42,116 nt of DNA from Planctomycetota bacterium (lineage in GTDB: Bacteria > Planctomycetota > SZUA-567 > H5-PLA8), in contig JBBRPR010000070.1 of NCBI GenBank assembly GCA_038227875.1, positions 1 to 42,116 of the forward strand, written 5' to 3'. The stretch's first letter is position 1. Every line of letters starts with the position of its first letter. The notes below the pieces were generated by a model that saw nothing but the letters and a program-made list of their open reading frames with translations, made no database searches and had not been told where the DNA came from. A program made the position numbers and the translations under genes. This document shows, piece after piece, positions 1-9,204 of this stretch.

Positions 1-67
1 TGAGCGCCGTATCCGCCTCCCTCAGCTTGGCGATGATCTGCTCTGGACTGTGCCTCTTGCGTTTCAT
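1..67 (-). CDS. IS3-family transposase OrfA, N-terminus (partial)
   Basis: ATG at 67 reads MKRKRHSPEQIIAKLREADTAL, a typical IS407-group OrfA start. It is absent from the ORF track because it is truncated. Confidence 0.85.
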   Translation of the reverse strand, partial: MKRKRHSPEQIIAKLREADTAL

Positions 68-139
68 GAGAATCCCTTCCGGCCTCTTCAGGCCTAAGAA
101 CTCTCATAACACCTGGTTCAGTTTTTGGGGAGCAGGTCA
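1..139 (-). mobile_element. IS3-family (IS407-like) insertion sequence, left end; runs off the window
   Basis: The minus strand starts TGACCTGCTCCCCAAAAACTGAACCAG (5'-TG terminal repeat typical of IS3/IS407), followed by an OrfA start. Confidence 0.85.
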
Positions 140-167
140 TCAGCGCTGCAGTAAGAAGGAGGTCGTT

Positions 168-1439
168 ATGGCTGGCAATGCGAAATCGGGTGCTCTCTCC
201 CCATCGGGGAGCGAACGTCTGGAGAAGGCGCTGCAGGTTCAGAAGATCGAGGTACTGTCCGCGTTGTTGGATGGCAGACTGCTGATTCGGCTGGATCACA
301 CCGCTGTCATCGCCGACAAGGTTGTTCAGAACAAGATTCGGAAAGTCAGCTTCCAGACTGAACAGAAGGAACGTTACAACGCGTTCACGCAAGACGTAGG
401 GAAGTTTGGTGTCATTGAGCCGCTTCAAGCATTCCCGGCATGGCAAGGCGACACTGTCCTCATCAAGCTCTTTTCGGGTTTCAACCGCTACGCCGCAACC
501 AAAGCGAATCAGCTTGATGTGATTCTTCACCCGAATCTGGATGAGACCAGCGCGGTCGAGCTTGGAATGAAGCTCAACCATCTGCGCAGTCAGGCTGAAG
601 AACTCGATATGGTGGGTCTCATTGAGGCCAACGTCTCCGTCGCCAATATCGCTTCTGTGTGCGGTGTATCCACAAAAACCGTGGAACGCTGGCAGGCGGT
701 CTGCAAACTCGGTCTCTACGAATACATCGAAAGCAAGCTGCTGAAGCAGGCTGACGTGCTGAAGATCGCCAAAGCATTTAAAGAAATTCCGGAGAAGAAG
801 TTCGAAGACGCACTCTTGGCGCTTAAGAAAGCAATGAAGGGTCAGAAGGACCTCGCACAGACGAATGTCAATAACGAAATCAAGCGTGCAGCCGAGCAGG
901 GTGAGGACGCAAAGGAAAAGGAGATCAAGCCTGCGACCCACTTCCGGAAGGGTTTTACGGGCTGGCTTGACACTTTAGCAAAGTACAAGAGCGTATCTGA
1001 CGACGCTCCTGCCCCGGAGTTTAAGTCCACCGTTGCCGTACAGGATCGGACCAAAGCCCTCAAGGTCTACAAGAACGCCGACTGGAAAGATGGAGTCCCT
1101 TCGATAGGAGTCGAGGGACGCAAGTGGTCGAAGGTCACCAGCAGTCAACTCGCAGAGGTGCAGGAATGGGCTAACACCCTGTTGCTGTGGTTGAACGCTC
1201 AGATCGGCATCAAGAAAATCGAGGAGCAGATCACAAAGAAGGAGACTGCAGCCGCAACAACGCCCCCTGCGCAGACGGAATCCCAGACGGAAGAAACTCA
1301 GAACCCGAGCAGCAAACAGAAGCCACTGCCAATTACCAAGAAGAAAAAATCCGGAATCGTTGCAGAGGGTGTGGGAGCAGGCGAGAACCCTGGTCCAGAG
1401 CGCACCAATCAGACAACGGACGAAGAGAACGCCGAGTAA
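168..1439 (+). CDS. ParB/RepB/Spo0J-like protein (ParB N-terminal CTPase-like domain, HTH, charged tail)
   Basis: AAGGAGG RBS at 156-162 precedes ATG 168; the ORF-track start at 27 lies inside the IS. Motifs: GVIEPL, GFNRYAA (GxxRxxA), LNHLR (ENxxR-like), HTH VANIASVCGVSTKTVERW. Confidence 0.75.
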   Translation: MAGNAKSGALSPSGSERLEKALQVQKIEVLSALLDGRLLIRLDHTAVIADKVVQNKIRKVSFQTEQKERYNAFTQDVGKFGVIEPLQAFPAWQGDTVLIKLFSGFNRYAATKANQLDVILHPNLDETSAVELGMKLNHLRSQAEELDMVGLIEANVSVANIASVCGVSTKTVERWQAVCKLGLYEYIESKLLKQADVLKIAKAFKEIPEKKFEDALLALKKAMKGQKDLAQTNVNNEIKRAAEQGEDAKEKEIKPATHFRKGFTGWLDTLAKYKSVSDDAPAPEFKSTVAVQDRTKALKVYKNADWKDGVPSIGVEGRKWSKVTSSQLAEVQEWANTLLLWLNAQIGIKKIEEQITKKETAAATTPPAQTESQTEETQNPSSKQKPLPITKKKKSGIVAEGVGAGENPGPERTNQTTDEENAE

Positions 1440-1445
1440 CGCCTA

Positions 1446-1478
1446 TGAGGGCGACGGGGACTGTCCCCGTCGCCCTCA
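1446..1478. terminator. Perfect 16-bp inverted repeat after the ParB-like gene (terminator or processing hairpin)
   Basis: TGAGGGCGACGGGGAC-T-GTCCCCGTCGCCCTCA; there is no U-tract, so the function is uncertain. Confidence 0.55.
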
Positions 1479-1512
1479 CTCATTCCAACCAACAACGCGT
1501 GTTCTAAAGGTG

Positions 1513-1530
1513 TGTTCACATGGGTGAACA
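1513..1530. promoter_or_regulatory. parS-like palindrome / putative operator
   Basis: TGTTCAC-ATGG-GTGAACA; the half-sites resemble canonical parS TGTTTCACGTGAAACA and the site overlaps ATG 1520. Confidence 0.4.
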
Positions 1531-1771
1531 TTTGCCATCTTTTGACGATGCAATTGCAGGGGGGATGAATAACCCTGCGATAGAGGCTCACCATGAATTC
1601 CGGGCGAAGCCGCTGTCGCTTAAAATGGTCCCGCGATCCGTCCCAGCGATGGACGCCGAAACGGATCGAGCGACCCGCGCCGCAACCATCCGCTTTCTGG
1701 CAAAGTCACTTGCTGCGTCCTTATTACGGAAGCATGGTGAGAACGAAGCGGCCAAGCGCGTCTGGGAGTGA
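1520..1771 (+). CDS. Small hypothetical protein translationally coupled to the recombinase
   Basis: 83-aa ORF whose TGA overlaps the recombinase GTG (GTGA at 1768-1771); the true start could be 1565. Confidence 0.5.
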   Translation: MGEHLPSFDDAIAGGMNNPAIEAHHEFRAKPLSLKMVPRSVPAMDAETDRATRAATIRFLAKSLAASLLRKHGENEAAKRVWE

Positions 1772-3309
1772 ATCAAATGGCAACCATCCACGGGTACTTG
1801 CGTTATAGCAGCGGCAATCAGAAAGACGGAATCTCACTCGAAATACAACGCTCAGCAATAAAGCATTTTCTCCAAAGCCAGGACAAACTCCGGAACCTGC
1901 CTTACGTCGAGTACGCCGATGAAGGCCAATCAGGGACATCGATCAAGAAACGTCCGGCGCTCGCCAGTCTCCGCACAGCCGTTTGCAAGGACGATGTTGT
2001 AGTCGTGTACAAATTAGATCGCCTGGGACGCAACCTCGCCGACTGCACCGTGGTGCTGGCTGAATGGAAATCCCAAAGCATCGAATTCTACAGCACGCAG
2101 GAAGGTGGCGGTTCACTGACGCGGAACATTTTGCTTTCTGTCGCCGAAGATTTTTCCGAGCAGCTTTCCAACAGAATGCGCCACGTAGCGAAAAACCTCG
2201 TGAATCAGGGTTTCGCCGCGAACAAAGCATGCTTTGGATACATGCTCAGGGCGGATGGTCCGCGTAAACGCATGGTTGTGGTGCCGGAACAAGCAAAGAC
2301 CGTGAAGCGTATCTTCGACCTTCGTGCCAAAGGCAACAGTCATCGAGAAATCATTAAGGCTCTGAACACAGAACGTATTCCTGCTCCGAACGGCGGACTC
2401 TGGCATCTCGGTTGCATCTGCGCGATGCTGAAGAACGAGCGCTATCTTGGCATTGATTATAGTGGCTGCCGGAAATTCAAAAAGGGCGAAGGGCTACAAG
2501 CCAAACGACCAAGGGCAGAATGGACAATCCACAAAAACGCTCATGTAGCAATTGTAGATCGCGCATTGTGGGACCGCGTCCGTGCTCGTGACAGCAACCA
2601 CACGGCACAACATGTAGCCACGCCGAATCGTCGATCACCGCACTTGCTCTCGGGTTTCTGCCGTTGCCCTGAGTGCGGTAAAATGCTGATCGTGCATCAG
2701 TCGAAAGGGCGACGATACTATGGACATGATGGACGTGACACGGCAACAGAACTGCCATGCCATAGTCGCTGCTTCATTCGCAAAGAGATACTTGATAAGG
2801 CCATCTTCGAAATGATCTTTGGTGACATCTTCACTCGTTTCCTAGATGAATTGACTGCCGCGTTTCGAGAGGAAATCCAGCGCGCTCGCGGTCCAGAATC
2901 TCCCGATACACTGCCAAATTTGGTGCGCCAGCATGACGCACTTAGCGCGCGAATTGCGAAGTGGATTGAACGCCAGATGGACGCGCCAGAAGACGAGGAA
3001 CCGGTGATTCGCGAGAAGTTGGATGAAATGAAGCAGCAGCGTAACGATTTGGCTATAGAGATTGACCAGCGACGAAGTTCGTTACCACGGGCTGAGACTC
3101 CGCTGGAAATACTCATTTCGGAATTGAAATCACAGATCCAAGTGATTGCAGAAGTAATCGGTGGCGAAAACGTACTTCAGGCACGAGAACGCTTAGCTGC
3201 TTTAGTTGAAAGCATCACCGTGACGCCTCAGAAGATTGTGGAAGTCGTTGGGCGTCCGGGTGTTGTGCTGTCCGGTACGCCCAGCGTTCATATCCCCACG
3301 GGGATTTGA
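1768..3309 (+). CDS. Large serine recombinase (integrase): resolvase, recombinase, Zn-ribbon and coiled-coil domains
   Basis: YLRYSS catalytic motif, DEGQSG, RPAL, YKLDRLGRN, FGY, LKNERYLG, HVAIVDRALW, LLSGFCRCPECG. Start is 1768 or 1777. Confidence 0.95.
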   Translation: MNQMATIHGYLRYSSGNQKDGISLEIQRSAIKHFLQSQDKLRNLPYVEYADEGQSGTSIKKRPALASLRTAVCKDDVVVVYKLDRLGRNLADCTVVLAEWKSQSIEFYSTQEGGGSLTRNILLSVAEDFSEQLSNRMRHVAKNLVNQGFAANKACFGYMLRADGPRKRMVVVPEQAKTVKRIFDLRAKGNSHREIIKALNTERIPAPNGGLWHLGCICAMLKNERYLGIDYSGCRKFKKGEGLQAKRPRAEWTIHKNAHVAIVDRALWDRVRARDSNHTAQHVATPNRRSPHLLSGFCRCPECGKMLIVHQSKGRRYYGHDGRDTATELPCHSRCFIRKEILDKAIFEMIFGDIFTRFLDELTAAFREEIQRARGPESPDTLPNLVRQHDALSARIAKWIERQMDAPEDEEPVIREKLDEMKQQRNDLAIEIDQRRSSLPRAETPLEILISELKSQIQVIAEVIGGENVLQARERLAALVESITVTPQKIVEVVGRPGVVLSGTPSVHIPTGI

Positions 3310-3365
3310 ACCCCGGTCTTCAGGCTGAGAACCTGACGTCCTGGGCCGGGCTAGACGATGGGGAC
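3291..3365 (-). tRNA. tRNA-Glu (anticodon CTC)
   Basis: GTCCCCATCGTCTAGCCCGGCCCAGGACGTCAGG-TTCTCAG-CCTGAAGACCGGGGTTCAAATCCCCGTGGGGATA forms a full cloverleaf with G1-U72 and no encoded CCA. Confidence 0.95.
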
Positions 3366-3386
3366 CCAATTGACGTTGAAAAGGCA

Positions 3387-3414
3387 ATCGTACGCTCGTT
3401 CGCCGCCGTTTCAA
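3387..3414 (-). promoter_or_regulatory. Sigma70-type promoter for tRNA-Glu
   Basis: Minus strand TTGAAA-N16-TACGAT, about 20 nt upstream of the tRNA. Confidence 0.6.
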
Positions 3415-3449
3415 TTCACATTCCGCGAATCGTTTCGCACCCTCGGGTT

Positions 3450-6400
3450 CTAGTGGCCAAACGTCCCGATCGCTCGCCGCACGACGTAGCGCTGCGTCGT
3501 GATCACTTCGTAAACTGCGTTGTCGATGTACAGCGTCACGCGTACTTTTCGGGTCTTGAGCTTGCCGGGCATCGCTGGCAGATCCTGATTCGGATCGGTT
3601 TCCGAATTCAACGCCTGCTGGAAACTGCCAAAGCCAATCTTCAGCGTGAACTGCCGCGCGCTCTTGCCGGGCTTCAGCTTGAAGACGTCATTGGCCGAGA
3701 ACGGCTGCAGGTTCGGGTCCAGCGAGTTGATGGCCCGCCCGGAGGCGTCCAGCTTGTACGCGCGCACGACATGGCCGACGTCCACCGACAGCGTCTGACC
3801 CGATGGATTGAATCCCGGCGTCAGCGGGAGGATTCCGCTGAGCTGGATCTGATCCTGATTGATCTGCGCGAAGTTCAGCGAGATGCGGATTTTTCGCAGC
3901 TTGAACGGAGTCTTGACGCCCGCGTTGACCGGCAGCAGGAACACCGACGTGACAGACTGCCCGTTGGCGTCGGTAACCGTAAGCGTTACGGTGTAGATGC
4001 TCGGCACGCCAAACAGATGTGTAACGGTACTGCCGCTGGCAGTTGTGCCGTCGCCGAAATTCCAGAAGTACGTCACACCGGTGGTGCTGACGGCGCCGGC
4101 GGTAAACACCACGGGCTGTCCGGGTACGGCAGGATTCGGCGTCGCCACCGGCGGACTGATGATGCTCAGGACTGCGACGTTGAACGTTCCCAGCGTCGCC
4201 GCGGCAAGGAGATTGCCGGTCGTGTCTTTCACCTGGTTGGCCAGCACCGCAATGGTGTAAACACCATTCGCCCCAGCCACCCATGAGCCTCCGGGAGCGT
4301 TGATCTGATACGTCGCCGTCACCGGTGATCCGGGAATGGACGGTACCGAACTCACGAACGTGGCGAGCTGGCTGAATCCATTGGGTCCGGTCACGAGCAC
4401 ATTGGAATTGCCGAACGTGGCCGGATTGATCGCGGCGTTGTCGGAGAAGATCACGGTGAACGTGTAGTGATTAGGATCGGACGCGTTGGTCACGTCCGGC
4501 GCGCTGCCGAGCCGCGCGATCGGCGCGGTCTGATCGAGTTGAATGGCGCCAATGTCGACGACATTCCCCGCTCGAGCGCGCGGATAATTAACGTCGCGCT
4601 GATCGGTCGTCAGCAGACTGGGTGAATTGAAAATGTCCGTGGTGTTGAGGCCCGCGCCGATGGCCGGACTTCCCGGCAAGACGGCGTGTGTTTCCGTTAC
4701 GCCGCCGTTGTTCTGCAGCGGTCCGAGCACCGGGTCCAATGGGCTCCCAGCCGTACCGATCTTGTTTCCCTGCGCGCCGTTGGAAATGCCGGAGACATTC
4801 GTGTCCACGCCGATCAGATTATTGGAACTTGTCGTGTCGATGTTGCCGCCCAGATCGTCGGGAGTGGCCGCCGCGATTCCGCTCTGGCTGGTGTTTTTCG
4901 CCGCAATCGTGCTCACCAGTAACTGGGATGGAGGGGGATTTGAATTGAAGGTATTGTAAACATAGGAGCCGCCACCCGAGGCATAACTGCCTGACGCGCC
5001 AATGGCGGAGACCGAATTGTTCACCACCGTACAATTGTAGATCTGGACGTTGCCGCTGGCGTAGATCCCGCCGCCGTAAGCACTGGCATACGCTGCAACA
5101 GTGCTGTCAGTCGCACTGACGCTGTTGCCGGAAATCGTGCTGTTTTGTATCGTGAGCTTGCCGCCCGAATAAATTCCGCCGCCCTGCGCATGTGCGCCGT
5201 TTGTGCCGTTGGAGGCTTGGGCAACATTGCCGCTGATGGTTGAATTCGAAATGTCGGCGTAGCCGAATACAGAAAGTCCTGCGCCGGCCGCGCGCGGCTT
5301 CGCGCCGCCCGATGCCGTCGCAGAATTTCCTGAGATGGTGCAGTTTTTGATTAACGCCAATCCGGAGAGGATGCCACCGCCGCTGTAAAGGGTCGAATTG
5401 CCAGAGGAATTGGTCGAGATCACCGCATTTCCCGTGAATGTCGAATTCGTGGCATATAAATAATAGGAAAATACGCCACCCGCAAACCCTCGCGGGCCGG
5501 ACGAACTGCATCCGGTGACATTGACGTTATTCAGCGTCAGGTAGTTGAACGAGAAGATTGCACCGCCCGCGCTGAGCTGTGCACCGGTAGTATGGCATCC
5601 AGTGATCGTCACGGTATCCAGCGTCAATTTGGCGCCGCCGTAAAAGCCGTAGTTGTAAAACTGCGGCGCGCCATTGATGCCACCGCCAAACGTGTCTGCA
5701 GCCCCATTAGCGATCGTCATACCGCTGATGGCCACGGTGGTGGTGGGATTGGCATTGAGGACAAAGATTCGCGAGGCACCCTTCGCATCGACCGTTAGCT
5801 TTGCCACGCCCGGCCCGCTGATTGTAAACGGACCGTCGATCAAAATATCGCCGGTCGTCACTGCGATGGCCTGGGGTGCAGCGAAAACCACCGGATCAAA
5901 CGTGATCGTGCTGGGCGAGTCAACAATCGTTCCTGCCGCCGCGCGCAGGCTGCCCGGACCGCTGTCGTTGGTGTTGGTTACGACCAGGGATCGCGCCGGC
6001 TGGACTTGCAAGGAACCGATGTCGATGCTTCCCGTCAGCGGGCGCGGAGCGCCGCGCTGATCGGTCGTCAGTCCCGCGGGATTCGAACCGGCACCCAGCG
6101 CTGGGCTGCCTGCATTCGGCAACAGCGACAACGTGGTTCCGCCATTGGGCAGCGGCGAGCCGAGTTGGGCCGCCTGACCCACGATGTTGGCCGTGTTCGC
6201 GCCATTCAATGCCGCGCCGGGCGAGACCTGAAACAACGAATGGTCGGCATTCAGCGTACCGTCGTAGCTCACACCATTAAAATGGTTGAATGCATCCGCT
6301 CCTGCCGGCGCGGTGTTGCCCGACAGGATTGTGCTCTGCAGCGTCACGGCAGGCGCCAGACTTGAAAGGTAAAGTCCGCCCCCCTTTACTGTCGCAGAGT

Positions 6401-7241
6401 TGTAGGCGACTGTGGAGTTGCGCATTGTCAGCGAGGAGGAATCAGCGTCGACACCACCGCCAACCTGAGTGGCGTGGCAACCCGAGATCGTGGAATTCTG
6501 AATGACGAGGGAGTTGTCCGCAAACACGCCGCCACCGTTCGCCGCAGTGCAATTGCGAATCACGCTTCCACTGATCAGCGTGGGTCCCGCGCCGACGCCC
6601 GTCAACACCCCGCCACCGGAGACAGTCGCGGTGCAATTCAACACTCTTGAATTGATCAGATTCAGAGCGCCGTTGCTGTAGATTCCCGCGCCGTTTTGCG
6701 CGGTACAGCCATTCAATGAAACCGAGTTTAGCGTCACGTTGGAATTAACGGCATAAATGCCGCCGCCCTTAAGGCCTGCCGCGCGTCCCTCGATTCTCAG
6801 GTTTGAGATCGAAACGTTCGAAGGGCCGCTGATATTAAATACCCGGCTTGTACCGGAATAGATGCTCATTCCGTTGTTGACCGCGCCGGTGATCGACATC
6901 GTGTTGGTAATCGGTAGATCACCGCTGGTCAGGAGGATGGTGCTCGGGAAAGGCAGATTGAAATTGATCGTGTCGCCCGCGGGATCCGCGTTGGCCTGCG
7001 TGATCGCCGCGCGCAGACTGCCCGGGCCGGTGTCGTTGGTGTTGGTGACGGTGATCGTCGCGGCTGAAGACCGGCGCGCCGTGCCGAGCAGGATCGCACC
7101 GCAGAACAGCGTCACGGCCGAGAAACGGAGCATTCCTCCCAGCGTTTGAGGCGTTTGCGCCTGCGCGCGGCGGACCGCCTTCGACTCGGGCTGGGATGTG
7201 CGGGTTGCGTCGTGCATGCGCGAAAAAACTCCGTGTCTCAC
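3450..7241 (-). CDS. Giant secreted beta-helix protein with two choice-of-anchor Q modules, Ig-like and PKD domains and a conserved C-terminal domain
   Basis: Signal-like segment ending SSA, VTNTNDxGPGSLRAA twice, GGGIY/GGAI repeats, NGG.T...L.PGSPA.GAG..TTDQR...DIG twice, PKD motif YFWNFGDG. The start is uncertain (7241, 7217 or 7133). Confidence 0.85.
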   Translation of the reverse strand: MRHGVFSRMHDATRTSQPESKAVRRAQAQTPQTLGGMLRFSAVTLFCGAILLGTARRSSAATITVTNTNDTGPGSLRAAITQANADPAGDTINFNLPFPSTILLTSGDLPITNTMSITGAVNNGMSIYSGTSRVFNISGPSNVSISNLRIEGRAAGLKGGGIYAVNSNVTLNSVSLNGCTAQNGAGIYSNGALNLINSRVLNCTATVSGGGVLTGVGAGPTLISGSVIRNCTAANGGGVFADNSLVIQNSTISGCHATQVGGGVDADSSSLTMRNSTVAYNSATVKGGGLYLSSLAPAVTLQSTILSGNTAPAGADAFNHFNGVSYDGTLNADHSLFQVSPGAALNGANTANIVGQAAQLGSPLPNGGTTLSLLPNAGSPALGAGSNPAGLTTDQRGAPRPLTGSIDIGSLQVQPARSLVVTNTNDSGPGSLRAAAGTIVDSPSTITFDPVVFAAPQAIAVTTGDILIDGPFTISGPGVAKLTVDAKGASRIFVLNANPTTTVAISGMTIANGAADTFGGGINGAPQFYNYGFYGGAKLTLDTVTITGCHTTGAQLSAGGAIFSFNYLTLNNVNVTGCSSSGPRGFAGGVFSYYLYATNSTFTGNAVISTNSSGNSTLYSGGGILSGLALIKNCTISGNSATASGGAKPRAAGAGLSVFGYADISNSTISGNVAQASNGTNGAHAQGGGIYSGGKLTIQNSTISGNSVSATDSTVAAYASAYGGGIYASGNVQIYNCTVVNNSVSAIGASGSYASGGGSYVYNTFNSNPPPSQLLVSTIAAKNTSQSGIAAATPDDLGGNIDTTSSNNLIGVDTNVSGISNGAQGNKIGTAGSPLDPVLGPLQNNGGVTETHAVLPGSPAIGAGLNTTDIFNSPSLLTTDQRDVNYPRARAGNVVDIGAIQLDQTAPIARLGSAPDVTNASDPNHYTFTVIFSDNAAINPATFGNSNVLVTGPNGFSQLATFVSSVPSIPGSPVTATYQINAPGGSWVAGANGVYTIAVLANQVKDTTGNLLAAATLGTFNVAVLSIISPPVATPNPAVPGQPVVFTAGAVSTTGVTYFWNFGDGTTASGSTVTHLFGVPSIYTVTLTVTDANGQSVTSVFLLPVNAGVKTPFKLRKIRISLNFAQINQDQIQLSGILPLTPGFNPSGQTLSVDVGHVVRAYKLDASGRAINSLDPNLQPFSANDVFKLKPGKSARQFTLKIGFGSFQQALNSETDPNQDLPAMPGKLKTRKVRVTLYIDNAVYEVITTQRYVVRRAIGTFGH

Positions 7242-7420
7242 AGGTGAAAATCGTTCTGTTCCAGCGTCAAACGCGAGATGGAAAGTGTACTCGGGGTGAC
7301 ACTTAACTTCAAACGTTCAATCGGTTCGTCACCTACAGAACCCTGAAGTTGAACGGTCTCAGTTCAATGTAACATTTGGGCTCACTGCACGGGGTGAAGT
7401 ACCACACCTTATTCATAGGC

Positions 7421-7450
7421 GAATGTTACAAAATGTTACATAATGTTACG
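7421..7450. repeat. Three 10-bp-period direct repeats of AATGTTAC
   Basis: gaatgttaca aaatgttaca taatgttacg in an AT-rich divergent promoter region. Confidence 0.7.
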
Positions 7451-7813
7451 CATTTTCAGGTGCTTGGTGTTTTCCGGTACAACAGCGTTGTGGTACCCTT
7501 TCCGACCACTTGAGCCCTGAGATCAGTCGGCAACTTTTACTCTTGGCGTGATCCCTCCCGAAATCCAATTATCTCGAGCGGCGACCCGAGCTCGGAAGAC
7601 CGCATGGTTTAATAATAGACCGTGGAATGGGATTGGTCAATTAATTAATACATAAATTTATAAAGTAGGTTAACCGCGCGTGCACGCTGCCTCGCTCTGC
7701 CCACGGCGGTCAGCGCGACCCTGTGCAGCGCGATCTTCACAAGCTACCCTCCGTAAGAAAATCGCAGGAAATCTTTCACTGGTTTTGTGATCGCTCACCG
7801 GGAAAATCTCAAC

Positions 7814-8818
7814 ATGAAGAAAATCAACCTGCTCATCAATCTGCCTGCCGGCTTTCACACCGCTCCGGTCCTCAAACCGACGTACGCGCGGCTGGCGAAG
7901 ATCGCCAATCTGCGCAAGCGTTCCCACAACGCCGGCACGGAAATCGCCGCCGATCTGCCGTGGGCCGATGCGATCATCATGTGGTCGTGGCCCGGCTATA
8001 CGCACGAACTGCTCGACCAGGCCACGCGCTTGAAATTCTCGGGCCATCTCGACATCTCGCAGAGCGGCGCACGCGTCGCGCTGGAACGCGGGCTGGCCGT
8101 CTCCGTCACGCGGCGCGCGTTTTCGCCAGCGGTTTCGGAAATGGCCCTGTCCCTGGTGCTTTCCACATTGCGGCAGACGTCCAATTACCACGCGCAGATG
8201 CGCGCCGGACGCGAACCGTGGATCGCGAAATTCCCCGACGAGATCCCGCCGCACGAACGTCAGCTCACCGGACGCGCGGTGGGCTTGATCGGCTTCGGCG
8301 CCGTCGGCCAGCGCCTCGCGGAGCTGCTCGCGCCGTTTCACTGCCAGCTGCGCATCTACGATCCGTTTGTGCCGCAGGAGGTGATCGCGAAATTCGGCGC
8401 CGAGCGCGTCACATTGAAAAGCCTGATCCGCTCCTCGGAGATCGTCGTTCTCTGCGCGGCCTCGAATCCCGGCTCGCGCCATCTGCTCGGCAAAGCGGAG
8501 ATCAACGCCTTTCGCAAGGATGCCGTGTTCGTCAACGTCGCGCGCGCTGCGCTGGTGGACACCGCCAGCTTGATCGCCCGTTTAAAGAAGAACGACATGT
8601 TCGCCGCGCTGGATGTCTTCGACAAGGAGCCGCTGGACAAGTCTTCGCCGCTGCGCAAGCTCCCCAACGCGTTCCTGACGCCGCACCGCGCCGGCGGTAT
8701 TCTCGAATCCGTGCAGCGCATCGTTTCGATGCTCGCCGACGATCTGGAAGCGCACCTCGCCGGCAAGCCGAGGGCGTACGCGCTCCACGAGAAAATGATC
8801 CCGGCGCTCGACGCGTAA
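7814..8818 (+). CDS. D-isomer-specific 2-hydroxyacid dehydrogenase family protein
   Basis: GLIGFGAVG Rossmann motif, FVNVARAALVD, ALDVFDKEP, LTPHRAG. Confidence 0.92.
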   Translation: MKKINLLINLPAGFHTAPVLKPTYARLAKIANLRKRSHNAGTEIAADLPWADAIIMWSWPGYTHELLDQATRLKFSGHLDISQSGARVALERGLAVSVTRRAFSPAVSEMALSLVLSTLRQTSNYHAQMRAGREPWIAKFPDEIPPHERQLTGRAVGLIGFGAVGQRLAELLAPFHCQLRIYDPFVPQEVIAKFGAERVTLKSLIRSSEIVVLCAASNPGSRHLLGKAEINAFRKDAVFVNVARAALVDTASLIARLKKNDMFAALDVFDKEPLDKSSPLRKLPNAFLTPHRAGGILESVQRIVSMLADDLEAHLAGKPRAYALHEKMIPALDA

Positions 8819-8823
8819 CGGCG

Positions 8824-9144
8824 CTACAGGCCTGACGTCCGTTCGACGCGGGCCACGCGCAGTTGAAAGCCTGAATACCATTCCGTGCGTCCGCGGAACT
8901 GCGCGGCAAGATGCTCCGCGTTCTGTTTCCACGCGCGGATCGATTCCTCATCCTTCCAATACGAGACCGTAATGCCAAAACCGTCGCTGCCGCGCGCGCT
9001 TTCCACGCCCAGATAACCGGGCTGCTGCGCGGCCAGTTCTTCCATGCGGTCGGCCACCGCGCCGTAACCGCCCTCCCCCGCTGTGCGCTGTGAACTGAAA
9101 ATCACCGCATAGTACGGCGGCTCGGGCAATTTCGAGAAGGCCAT
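8824..9144 (-). CDS. Antibiotic biosynthesis monooxygenase (ABM) family protein
   Basis: PPYYAVIFSS...QQPGYLGVESAR..GITVSYW..EESIRAWK...EH..AQ..GR..WY. Confidence 0.9.
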   Translation of the reverse strand: MAFSKLPEPPYYAVIFSSQRTAGEGGYGAVADRMEELAAQQPGYLGVESARGSDGFGITVSYWKDEESIRAWKQNAEHLAAQFRGRTEWYSGFQLRVARVERTSGL

Positions 9145-9204
9145 GCTGCCTCGCTCCTCCATTCTAATGGGAATCTGGTCGATATAGATTAACGTGGAAC
9201 AATA

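Larger units (their letters stand above)
1..3309. mobile_element. End of an integrative element / genomic island inserted at tRNA-Glu
   Basis: The integrase abuts and overlaps the tRNA 3' end. GC is visibly lower than downstream (by eye), and the region carries an IS and a ParB-like gene. The other att site is outside the window. Confidence 0.8.

Noticed and set aside
27..167. N-terminal extension of the ParB-like ORF
   Set aside because: Lies mostly within the IS3 end; a strong RBS supports ATG 168.
3306..4286. 326-aa plus-strand ORF following the integrase
   Set aside because: Overlaps the tRNA and the exoprotein gene in antisense and has no recognisable features.
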